64,000 nucleotides of DNA from Candidatus Yanofskybacteria bacterium (GTDB lineage: Bacteria > Patescibacteriota > Minisyncoccia > 2-02-FULL-40-12 > GWA2-44-9). Made by a program: the position numbers and the translations under genes. A model generated the notes under the pieces. That model searched no databases. It saw only the letters and a list, made by a program, of their open reading frames with translations, and was not told the DNA's origin. Below, piece after piece: positions 56,256 to 64,000 of this stretch (the stretch's first letter is position 1; the number at the start of each line of letters is the position of its first letter). The stretch spans positions 45,895 to 109,894 of the forward strand of contig DOSG01000008.1 in assembly GCA_003514055.1 (NCBI GenBank). Direction: 5' to 3'.

Positions 56256-57571
56256 AGATTTGGCTCTATCTCAGCAGCCTTTCTAATAACCATGCTTGAA
56301 TACGAATAGCAAATTGCCTGAGTACAATTTGGATTGCCACTCACATAAGCCTTTGCTGCTCTTATCTCTCCTGCTTGAGTTTTACTATTGGCGCCGCCTG
56401 CGGCTAACTTGATAGCCGAGGCCATAAATGCATCTTCGATATTCCAAGGATTAGGAGGATTATGGCCCGTTAAAGCGGCTACCTTATCGACATATCCCAG
56501 CCAAGTAGTTGGCAAAAATTGAGCTGGCCCTAGAGCTCCTCCGCAACCATAATTTGGCTCTCTGGATACTTTGACCGTATCCGGATTCATACCTAGGCTA
56601 TTTACTATCTTCATGAAAGCTGCCTTTTCCTGTTCTGCTCGCTGAGGCTTGCCCAAACGCTTATAGCAACCATACATATCGTCAATCCATGTTCCCGTGC
56701 CAACATTTTTACCAAGCCTTGATTCTATCTCTAGAATAGCTATTAGAAAAGCCGGCCTGATACCTGCCGCAATGGCGGCCAATTGTCCAAATTTAATGGC
56801 ATCCTCCACAGAAACACCGTTCTGCTCTAGATAGGTGATCTGTTCTTTAATCATCTGGATATCTTTCTGGGACTTTTTAACCAACTCTTGGAATTTTGAC
56901 TCCTGGCCCTTCGTATCTCGCAATATTTTGTCTTTAGTGCTCTTATTCTGCACCAGATTTTTTTTCTCTAATTCTTGGATTGTCTTAAGCTGAAGCATCT
57001 CATCTTTTTTGTCTTCAAGGTCAATCTTTTTAATTTCCAAGCCAGATTTGATAGATCTTATGCTATCAATCGTATTTTGAAGATTTTCCTGAGTAGTTCT
57101 AACATTATTCAGCTCATTAAAAAAATCTGACAAAGCCCCATTTTTAAGAAGTATTTCGGTTAGAGTTTTCTGATCGTTCTCATAGGCAATCTTTAGATAT
57201 TGAACCAAGGCATTCTTATGTTTGCCTATATCGTCAAGAGCATTAGATATTTGTATCTCAGTATCACCTATCTGTAGGGCGGCCTTATTGATCTGAAGCT
57301 CTATGCTTCGTATTTCTAATTGAATTTGGTTCATCTGGCCATTTAATCTTGAGATCTCGCCCTGCAAGGTAGCTGACTTAGAACGATTTTGATCTATTTG
57401 CTTCTGATATTCATTAATTTGGGCTTGGATTTCGTCTATCTGCTTTTGTTTCAGGTTTATATCGTCTTGTGTGCTGGCGGCAAAAACGCCATTGGCAAAA
57501 AACATGGCAGTAATCGCGATTAAAATGACTAGTCCCAACCTTAACTTGTTGTGATCGCGTAGTCTTATCAT
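56252..57571 (-). CDS. coiled-coil protein with a C-terminal MltB-like (SLT_2) lytic transglycosylase domain
   Basis: About 200 aa of heptad-rich N-terminus; ILEIESRLG and GPAQFLPTTW motifs. Confidence 0.6.
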   Translation of the reverse strand: MIRLRDHNKLRLGLVILIAITAMFFANGVFAASTQDDINLKQKQIDEIQAQINEYQKQIDQNRSKSATLQGEISRLNGQMNQIQLEIRSIELQINKAALQIGDTEIQISNALDDIGKHKNALVQYLKIAYENDQKTLTEILLKNGALSDFFNELNNVRTTQENLQNTIDSIRSIKSGLEIKKIDLEDKKDEMLQLKTIQELEKKNLVQNKSTKDKILRDTKGQESKFQELVKKSQKDIQMIKEQITYLEQNGVSVEDAIKFGQLAAIAAGIRPAFLIAILEIESRLGKNVGTGTWIDDMYGCYKRLGKPQRAEQEKAAFMKIVNSLGMNPDTVKVSREPNYGCGGALGPAQFLPTTWLGYVDKVAALTGHNPPNPWNIEDAFMASAIKLAAGGANSKTQAGEIRAAKAYVSGNPNCTQAICYSYSSMVIRKAAEIEPNL

Positions 57572-57680
57572 CTTAGTCCATTATAGCATAATTTAAACAC
57601 TGCCCATGCCCAACACGCTCAAAACTAATAAGTGGATATTCTGCCTGACTTGAGACGATAAATCCTATATACTAATATTA

Positions 57681-59588
57681 ATGATCAAAAAGATATCATT
57701 ATTTATTCTCGCCTTTACGGTCGGCTTTGGATTATTTACATCTTCAGCTAAAGCAGAAGAATGTCCAGCAAGTGGAAATTATGCAGACAAGCTAAGAGGC
57801 GCCATGGATGCCATTCTAAAAGCAAATCCGAGTCTTGCCAATTCAACCAATACAGAAGAAAATAGTTTCGACTTCATAAGCTTGGTAGCAAAAAAGCCGC
57901 CGACGGGATTCAATGTAACAGATCAGGTCTTAAATGGAAACGGCAATCCTAATAGTGGAGATCTATTAGCAATATGGAAAAAGGGGGATGCTAAGATGGA
58001 GCGCTACGACGTGATAGCGGCCGTTGGTGCGGGAGATAGAACGATAGAATCCGCAGTAACCACTCAATTCGTCGGCTTAATACCTCTTAATTGTACAAGT
58101 AGCGGAGGAGGCAAGGAATGTAGTTGCGGTACCTCCGAACAAAATGCATCCAGACAGTGTGCTGTTGATGTTTATCAGGCTGGCGCTAGAGCAAAAGATC
58201 CAATTGCCATCGGAGCAGAATGCCGCAGTGCCGTCTGGTTCCAAAGAAATACCAATATAGCATTGTCCTGTTCGTCAGACTTTATATTTAGAGGGACACC
58301 CGCAAATCAGTGGAAGACATGGAGCGAAAACCAAATTGAGAAAGTCGTTAGGGCCTGTGATGGAGACAACGTGGCAAACGCCGATAAGATATTAGCAGCC
58401 CTTGAGGTAGTCTGGAGTTCTTGTTTGCCCGATAGAAAAGGAATTAGCTGTGTCTGCCAAACAGCAGAAGATGGAGAAAATAATTCATGCGCGATGTTTA
58501 TGGGAGAGATAGGCCCACCCACGATTACCTCTTTCACTCCGACAAAGGCAACGATCGGTACAGAAGTGTACATCGAAGGCACTCACCTGCCAGACAAGAT
58601 TGAGCTTCAGTCTTCCTCGCAAAAATACACCCTCGCTAGCCACGTTAATTCGACTTTCACGGGAACGACATTTACAGTTGATCCATCAGTAGAAGATGGA
58701 TCATACACTCTTTCAGTAGTTGGAATAAATGGAAGCGCTACAGCCAATCAAAAGCTGGTCATCACAGCTGGCGGCCCAGACTTCGCCGGCCGCACATTGC
58801 CAGCCACTCCGACTGGATATCCAGAAATGGGTGGCCTGTTGGGCATGATATTAACATGGTCTATTAGATTATTAGGCATATCCATATTTATTGTGGTCTT
58901 CTTAGCTGGCGCAGAATGGTTCTTTAATCAAGGCAATCCATCGATGTGGACTGGAGTTAAGACTAAGATACAAAATGCCATCATCGGAGCCATTATGCTT
59001 TTATCAGCCTATCTTATTCTATACACTATCAATCCCGACTTAGTTCAAGGCACATTCGAACTGCCAGGCATAACAGGAGGGAATACGGCACCAACAGCAA
59101 GTCCAAGCACTAGCCCATCGACACCGCCTACACCAACATCGTCCGGAACTCCACCCGAAGCTTGCAAACAAAATGTAGGCGGGACAGCATCTTCTGGCTG
59201 TACTCAAGCAACCTGCGTCGACATATCTAACTACACCCCTACCCATGGCTGCGAAAGTAATGGTGGCAAATGTTACGCATCATCTCAGGCAGCCCAAAAG
59301 ATACAGACTCTCGTTTCACGATTCAATGCCCTGTCAGGTGGTAGTTGTTCTCTACGAATATCTTCGACAATCCAAGGCCCAGGCGGACCGAGTATATCTG
59401 GATGCCACAAGCCAGGATCTGCCAATGCTGGGACATGTGCCGACTTCAACGTATCTCCGCACGGTTCTTGTTATAAATTCTTCTACCAGGCAGCAAAAGA
59501 AGCTAGCGTGGTATCTTTTCTAGATGAATACGTGCCAGCATGTATTCCTGCCAATGCTACCGGAGGGAATATCCACGTAAATTTCTAA
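57681..59588 (+). CDS. large secreted Cys-rich surface protein with an IPT/TIG-like segment, an internal two-helix hydrophobic hairpin, a Pro/Thr/Ser linker and a second Cys-rich domain
   Basis: Signal peptide; about 30 Cys; ITSFTPTKATIGTEVYIEGTHL; helices LLGMILTWSIRLLGISIFIVVFLAG and AIIGAIMLLSAYLILYTI; APTASPSTSPSTPPTPTSSGTPP linker. Confidence 0.55.
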   Translation: MIKKISLFILAFTVGFGLFTSSAKAEECPASGNYADKLRGAMDAILKANPSLANSTNTEENSFDFISLVAKKPPTGFNVTDQVLNGNGNPNSGDLLAIWKKGDAKMERYDVIAAVGAGDRTIESAVTTQFVGLIPLNCTSSGGGKECSCGTSEQNASRQCAVDVYQAGARAKDPIAIGAECRSAVWFQRNTNIALSCSSDFIFRGTPANQWKTWSENQIEKVVRACDGDNVANADKILAALEVVWSSCLPDRKGISCVCQTAEDGENNSCAMFMGEIGPPTITSFTPTKATIGTEVYIEGTHLPDKIELQSSSQKYTLASHVNSTFTGTTFTVDPSVEDGSYTLSVVGINGSATANQKLVITAGGPDFAGRTLPATPTGYPEMGGLLGMILTWSIRLLGISIFIVVFLAGAEWFFNQGNPSMWTGVKTKIQNAIIGAIMLLSAYLILYTINPDLVQGTFELPGITGGNTAPTASPSTSPSTPPTPTSSGTPPEACKQNVGGTASSGCTQATCVDISNYTPTHGCESNGGKCYASSQAAQKIQTLVSRFNALSGGSCSLRISSTIQGPGGPSISGCHKPGSANAGTCADFNVSPHGSCYKFFYQAAKEASVVSFLDEYVPACIPANATGGNIHVNF

Positions 59589-59618
59589 TAGATTACACTT
59601 TTAGAATAATCAGTACCT

Positions 59619-60092
59619 ATGGGATACGCGGCCATTATATTAGTCATAGCCACTATAATATTAGGAACCTACGCTGGTCCTGGCCTTTCCAATACACTTA
59701 AAGATGGATTAATAAGCAATATTGGCGAGGGATTCAAAGATCTGATACCGAAGAGTGAAAATGAGATAATAATAGAAAGTATAAATTCGACCAGCCGAAC
59801 CTTGGAAGATTTCTTTAATAATTCTGCGAATCAAATTCTTTCGGCGAAAGACGTATCAACTGAAGATAAAGAGGCGCTCAAAAAATCCATCCAGGCTTTC
59901 GTCGAATCAAAAGACCTAAATGCGAAGATAGAGACAAAACTCAAAAGCGAAGAAAGCCAAGGATTAGTCAGCAAAATAGTTGATAAAGTAATTGGAATCG
60001 GCACATCGAGTATCAATAACGCGACAACGAACAATAACCCGCCAGAGACTACCTACATACCGCCTCAGTGTAAAATGGTCTGCGATCCATAA
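59619..60092 (+). CDS. small secreted hypothetical protein
   Basis: N-terminal TM/signal; C-terminal CKMVC. Confidence 0.4.
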   Translation: MGYAAIILVIATIILGTYAGPGLSNTLKDGLISNIGEGFKDLIPKSENEIIIESINSTSRTLEDFFNNSANQILSAKDVSTEDKEALKKSIQAFVESKDLNAKIETKLKSEESQGLVSKIVDKVIGIGTSSINNATTNNNPPETTYIPPQCKMVCDP

Positions 60093-60103
60093 ATTGAAAT
60101 AAA

Positions 60104-60147
60104 GCTTGGGCCTTCGCTTCGATCAATTGGCTCGGCACAAACGAAGC
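60104..60147. repeat. direct repeat DR1 flanking the 29-aa-repeat gene
   Basis: GCTTGGGCCTTCGCTTCGATCAATTGGCTCGGCACAAACGAAGC; about 80% identical to 61108-61151. Confidence 0.55.
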
Positions 60148-60180
60148 ATAAGAAAAAGCCGAGCGTTGCTCGGCTATATA

Positions 60181-61065
60181 TTACTGACTCCTCCTCAACA
60201 AGGCCTGCTGAGTCTTGGTCAGGTTCTTCACGTCGTAAAGAGCGTAATTTGAATATTCTGCATTCTTGGCTACTGCCTTAACCAGAACATCTTTCTGAAC
60301 TCTGGTTAGACCCTTCATGTCGCGAAGAGTACGATATGCATATCTTACTTCTTTGGTCACTACTTTAATTAAGACATCTTTCTGAATTCTGGTCAGGCCG
60401 CCTACCTCGTAAAGAACGTCATGCGCATGTTCTGGGTTTTTGGCCAAACCCCTGACTAGAATGCCTTTCTGAGTGTTGGTCAGGTTCTTCACGTCACGAA
60501 GAACGTCAGATGCATATTCTGCACTCTTGGCCACGCCCTCAATCAAGATATCTTTTTGAGTCTCGGGCAGATCGCCTACCTCGCAAAGGACAGAAGACGC
60601 ATCGGTCACGTCTTCAGCTACACGAGGAATACAGATATCCATGAAGGCCGATCTCCAGAGCTCGGGAGCTCTTATGAGAATGTAACTGGCATCGTCTGGC
60701 TGAAGAGATCGTTTGAGCATTTTGCTCCAAGTATCAAAAAGAGTTTCGGGGGATTCAAGATGAATGGCAATTTCAGGTGGGAATTGAGTTTTATCCCAAA
60801 AATCCCTGTTTTCGAATTGAGGCAAACTTTCTGTCACTGGGCCATAGAAAGCATCAATAGCACTGTGCCCCAATATGTCGTTATGCATCGTACCTCGTAG
60901 AGTCTCTCTCCCATGAGGAGAAAATACATCTTTGTCCGTCAGAAAGTAGATATTCCCTTTAATATCCTTCTTCCAAGAGATGAAGTCGCACATGACACGC
61001 TTCCTTTCAAGAGAACTGAGGTGAATATACCACGCCCAAGCGGCATATGTCAAGTAGAGCATCAT
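60181..61065 (-). CDS. protein with 4.5 tandem 29-aa repeats (DVLxDVKxLTxxQKDxLxxxxAKNxEYAx) after a roughly 150-aa N-terminal domain
   Basis: Repeats visible by eye in the ORF translation; no known family assigned. Confidence 0.5.
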   Translation of the reverse strand: MMLYLTYAAWAWYIHLSSLERKRVMCDFISWKKDIKGNIYFLTDKDVFSPHGRETLRGTMHNDILGHSAIDAFYGPVTESLPQFENRDFWDKTQFPPEIAIHLESPETLFDTWSKMLKRSLQPDDASYILIRAPELWRSAFMDICIPRVAEDVTDASSVLCEVGDLPETQKDILIEGVAKSAEYASDVLRDVKNLTNTQKGILVRGLAKNPEHAHDVLYEVGGLTRIQKDVLIKVVTKEVRYAYRTLRDMKGLTRVQKDVLVKAVAKNAEYSNYALYDVKNLTKTQQALLRRSQ

Positions 61066-61107
61066 GTCTCAACGGCTCGAAAAAAACCCATCTAGCAAAA
61101 AGTCTAG

Positions 61108-61151
61108 GCTTGGGCCTTCGCTTCGATCAGTTAGCTCAATTCAAGCGAAGC
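61108..61151. repeat. direct repeat DR2
   Basis: GCTTGGGCCTTCGCTTCGATCAGTTAGCTCAATTCAAGCGAAGC. Confidence 0.55.
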
Positions 61152-61251
61152 TCGGCTAGTTTTCTCATCATTCACAGACAAGTCATGTATTAGAGGGTAG
61201 GTAGATAAAGAATCCAAAAAGATAGGTCGAGGGCGATACAATCACTAAGAA

Positions 61252-61280
61252 AGAAGGCCTCCGCTTTGCGGAGGCCTTCT
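61252..61280 (-). terminator. terminator downstream of the macB-like operon
   Basis: AGAAGGCCTCCGC-TTT-GCGGAGGCCTTCT. Confidence 0.6.
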
Positions 61281-61392
61281 TTAAATAATAGTGCGAGGGT
61301 TACCTGTCTTTTTGGTTGTATTCTTTACTATCTATCCCGAGAATACATGATACAGGCGAGGACACGATGAGAAAACTAGCTGAGCGAAGCGG

Positions 61393-62634
61393 CTATTCAT
61401 ATCTCAACGCCTCAATCGGACTCTTTTGCGCCGCTTTTCGTGCCGGGAATATGCCGAAAATAAATCCTATCGCACTAGAAACGAATACTCCCAAGAACGC
61501 TCCAAGATAAGAAAAAGCAAATGGGAAGTTAGTCGTTGTCAGATGATTGATAGAGAAGGTGGCCGCATAAGCCAACGCTGTCCCTAAAAATATTCCAACC
61601 AATCCCCCGCTGACCGTAAATATGATTGCCTCGACTAAGAATTGAGTAAGAATATCTTTGTTGGTAGCTCCTAGAGCTTTTCTCAGACCTATTTCCCTAG
61701 TTCTTTCGGTAACAGAGACGAACATAATATTCATAATTCCGATACCTCCTACAACCAATGAAATCGCCGCAACAGAGCTCAATAGTATAGTGAGAATGTT
61801 CGTGATTAAGCTTACCGTGTCTACTAAATCGGCCTGGGTCTGTATAAAAAAGTCGTCCTTGTCTGGATCAGTAATATTATGATTCGATCTCAATACGGCC
61901 TTAATATCGCTGACCACATCTGGGATATTCTCAACCGTATCGGCAACTACAACTACGCGGTGATAATATTTTATACCCAAGACATACTGCTGAATAGTAG
62001 AAACTGGGGCCACGACTGCCTCGTCAAAGTTAACAAATACGGCTTGTCCTTTTTCCGCCATAAGACCAACAACTCTAAAATATTTATCTTTTATTTTTAT
62101 CTTCTCACCAATTGGATCAGCAAGGCCAAATAATTTTTCAGCCACCGTCGTCCCAATAACTATTACATCGCTTTTTTGAGCGACATCTTCGTCAGTTATA
62201 TTTGTTCCCCTTGCGATATCAACTTGGAATAAATCGAAAAGCCTCGGATCAGCGCCCAGAACAGTAGCGTTGTAAGTCTCAGAATCATAATTAACGCTCG
62301 CCGGAGTAAAGACCATTCCCGTAATCTTGGCTGCATTCGGGACATTACTCTTCTTGGTTAAATCCTTTAGATCCCTTTCTTTCAGCGAGTCGGCTAGCAA
62401 AGTGCTAGAACCATCAGAGAATCCTTCGGGCTGACGACCAGGTATGATGAAGACATTAGTTGAGCCCAATCCCTGGACCTGATCGACGATAAGTTTTTGA
62501 GCGCTCTGACCTATGGACATAACCAGAATGATAGAAGATATACCGATAACAATCCCGAGAATAGTTAAAGCTGAACGAGTCTTGTTCGTGGATAATCCTG
62601 TTATCGCCATTTGTACGGTATCTCTAATCTTCAT
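61393..62634 (-). CDS. ABC transporter permease, MacB/FtsX family
   Basis: N-terminal TM, large periplasmic domain, C-terminal FtsX-type 3-TM bundle. Confidence 0.85.
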   Translation of the reverse strand: MKIRDTVQMAITGLSTNKTRSALTILGIVIGISSIILVMSIGQSAQKLIVDQVQGLGSTNVFIIPGRQPEGFSDGSSTLLADSLKERDLKDLTKKSNVPNAAKITGMVFTPASVNYDSETYNATVLGADPRLFDLFQVDIARGTNITDEDVAQKSDVIVIGTTVAEKLFGLADPIGEKIKIKDKYFRVVGLMAEKGQAVFVNFDEAVVAPVSTIQQYVLGIKYYHRVVVVADTVENIPDVVSDIKAVLRSNHNITDPDKDDFFIQTQADLVDTVSLITNILTILLSSVAAISLVVGGIGIMNIMFVSVTERTREIGLRKALGATNKDILTQFLVEAIIFTVSGGLVGIFLGTALAYAATFSINHLTTTNFPFAFSYLGAFLGVFVSSAIGFIFGIFPARKAAQKSPIEALRYE

Positions 62635-62639
62635 TCCGA

Positions 62640-63359
62640 TTATTTAAAGAATCCCTGCTTAGCGATTAATCGACGATTCTGAACCTTCTCGTCTCTATCA
62701 ATTAACCCATCTTTGATATGTAATATCCTTTCAGCGCATTCAGCGACATACGATTCGTGAGTTACCAAAATTATTGTATTTCCCTGGGAATGTAAATCTT
62801 GCAAAAATGACATAATAATCTCACCAGACTTAGAATCCAAGCTTCCCGTTGGCTCATCAGCGAAAATAACCTTAGGATTATTAACTAGAGCACGGGCGAT
62901 AGCTACTCTTTGCTTTTGGCCTCCAGATAGCTTCGTAGTCTTGAAATCTACCCTGTCATTTAGGTCCACCAAGCTGACCATGTCTCTCGCTCGCTTGTCT
63001 CTTTCTTCCTCGGATAACCTAGCATAGATTAAGGGCAATTTAACATTTTCCAATACCGTCAATTTGGGTAGAAGATTAAAAGCCTGAAACACGAAGCCCA
63101 TCTCTTTGTTTCTAATATGCGCCAACTGGTCGTCTGAATACTCGGTTATATTGTGCCCATTAAATATATATTCGCCACCTGATGGCCTATCAAGCACTCC
63201 GAGAATTTGAAGAAGAGTAGATTTTCCGGAACCAGATGGACCGATGATGGCGACAAACTCGCCTTCGTTGATAGCCAAATCAACGCCATTCAATCCGGGC
63301 GTTCTTACGTCACCATCCACATATATCTTCTCTAGTGATTTAACTTCAATAAGAGCCAT
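62640..63359 (-). CDS. ABC transporter ATP-binding protein (MacB/LolD-type)
   Basis: Walker [18 protein letters not shown] signature, Walker B IIFADEPT. Confidence 0.9.
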   Translation of the reverse strand: MALIEVKSLEKIYVDGDVRTPGLNGVDLAINEGEFVAIIGPSGSGKSTLLQILGVLDRPSGGEYIFNGHNITEYSDDQLAHIRNKEMGFVFQAFNLLPKLTVLENVKLPLIYARLSEEERDKRARDMVSLVDLNDRVDFKTTKLSGGQKQRVAIARALVNNPKVIFADEPTGSLDSKSGEIIMSFLQDLHSQGNTIILVTHESYVAECAERILHIKDGLIDRDEKVQNRRLIAKQGFFK

Positions 63360-63392
63360 AAATAATTATCGAGTTAAGGGCGCAGATGTTAA

Positions 63393-63477
63393 TTTTGAGA
63401 GACCCGCGCAGAGCCGACTGGGCTCGAGCGAGAGGGTGATTTCTCAGCAGAGAAATACAACCCGTGCTCGAAAAGTT
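63393..63477. repeat. conserved structured intergenic element (copy C) in the 145-nt spacer between the adaptor and ATPase genes
   Basis: GAGAGACCCGCGCA / GAGCC-GACTG-GGCTC / GAGCGAGAGGGTGATTTCTC-AGCA-GAGAAATA / CAACCCGTGCTCGAAAAGTT. Confidence 0.55.
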
Positions 63478-63504
63478 AATATCTGCGACCTCTCGACGCA
63501 CCTT

Positions 63505-64000
63505 CTATTGGATTAGAATTTTATCTCCGGCCACGAGGCCACTAACGATCTCCGTTTTTCCGTCTGACCCCTTCAGTCCTGTCGTAATTGGCATTTCATA
63601 TACAACAGCGACGTCATCTCTTGTAGCTACTGATAAATTAGCAAATCTTGTGTTGGAAGCATCGTCTTGATTAGCCACCACGATTTTTACATATTTCTGG
63701 CCATCTCTTTGATAAATAGCTCTGGTCGGAATTACTAGAACCCCGTCTCTCATATCATTGAGTATGTCCATATTAGCAGTTAAGCCCGAACGAATCCTCT
63801 CATCGCTTTCGACAAACTGCAACTTAGTCTCATATGTCGGAACTCCATCAATCATCTTTTCGGCTGGGTATATGCTTGTAACCTTAGCCTCCCAAGAAAA
63901 ATCTTGACCAAAAGCATCTAAGGTCACCTTGGCTGTATTACCTACATTAACCTTAGATATGTCAGCCTCTGGTATATTAGAGGTTATTTCATAATTTGAG
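63505..64000 (-). CDS. HlyD/MacA-family periplasmic adaptor, 5'-truncated by window end
   Basis: C-terminal beta-barrel/MP domain; frame stays open to the window edge. Confidence 0.8.
   Translation of the reverse strand, partial: SNYEITSNIPEADISKVNVGNTAKVTLDAFGQDFSWEAKVTSIYPAEKMIDGVPTYETKLQFVESDERIRSGLTANMDILNDMRDGVLVIPTRAIYQRDGQKYVKIVVANQDDASNTRFANLSVATRDDVAVVYEMPITTGLKGSDGKTEIVSGLVAGDKILIQ

Noticed and set aside
1-64000. Alternative genetic code (UGA as sense), as in some CPR lineages
   Set aside because: Conserved genes (r-proteins, mreB, obg, rny) are full-length with TGA, TAA and TAG all used as stops; ORF 833..1117 ends at TGA

Overview
The window is about 60% coding and low in G+C (roughly 38-40% by eye). 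It looks like a reduced-genome Patescibacteria/CPR-type bacterium, judging from short ribosomal proteins, an RpoA without a C-terminal domain, a short AlaRS, many glycosyltransferases and pilin-like or surface proteins. Standard genetic code (TGA is a stop). Content in order: (1) a cell-envelope glycopolymer cluster at 1.2-11.2 kb (CtpA protease, three GT2 and two GT4 glycosyltransferases, an LCP ligase, a Wzy/O-antigen-ligase-like membrane protein, mostly translationally coupled), followed by mreB; (2) a complete alpha-type ribosomal operon infA-rpmJ-rpsM-rpsK-rpsD-rpoA-rplQ-rplM-rpsI at 14.2-18.3 kb; (3) scattered housekeeping genes (dus, alaS, obg, prs, hup, rny, gpmI, mnmA, macAB-like efflux); (4) four tRNAs (His, Pro, Arg, Gly); (5) accessory genes, including a UvrD-helicase/Cas4-like nuclease fusion with an HExxH partner, a Cys-rich small protein, a SET-domain protein, an HNH nuclease, a large pilin-like protein, two lytic transglycosylases beside a large Cys-rich surface protein, a PurD-like ATP-grasp enzyme, and a protein made of 29-aa tandem repeats. 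Most notable structure not explained by genes: (a) a GC-rich palindromic mini-element (ACAAAGGGCGCC...GGCGCCCTTTGT) in four copies, three of them in frame inside unrelated essential-type CDSs and one acting as an intergenic terminator; (b) an 80-90 nt conserved intergenic element with two hairpins and compensatory base changes, in two clear copies plus one partial copy inside minus-strand operons; (c) two compositionally foreign GC-rich genes; (d) short direct repeats flanking single accessory genes, and a duplicated tRNA-His 3' end. No CRISPR array, IS element or integrase was seen.
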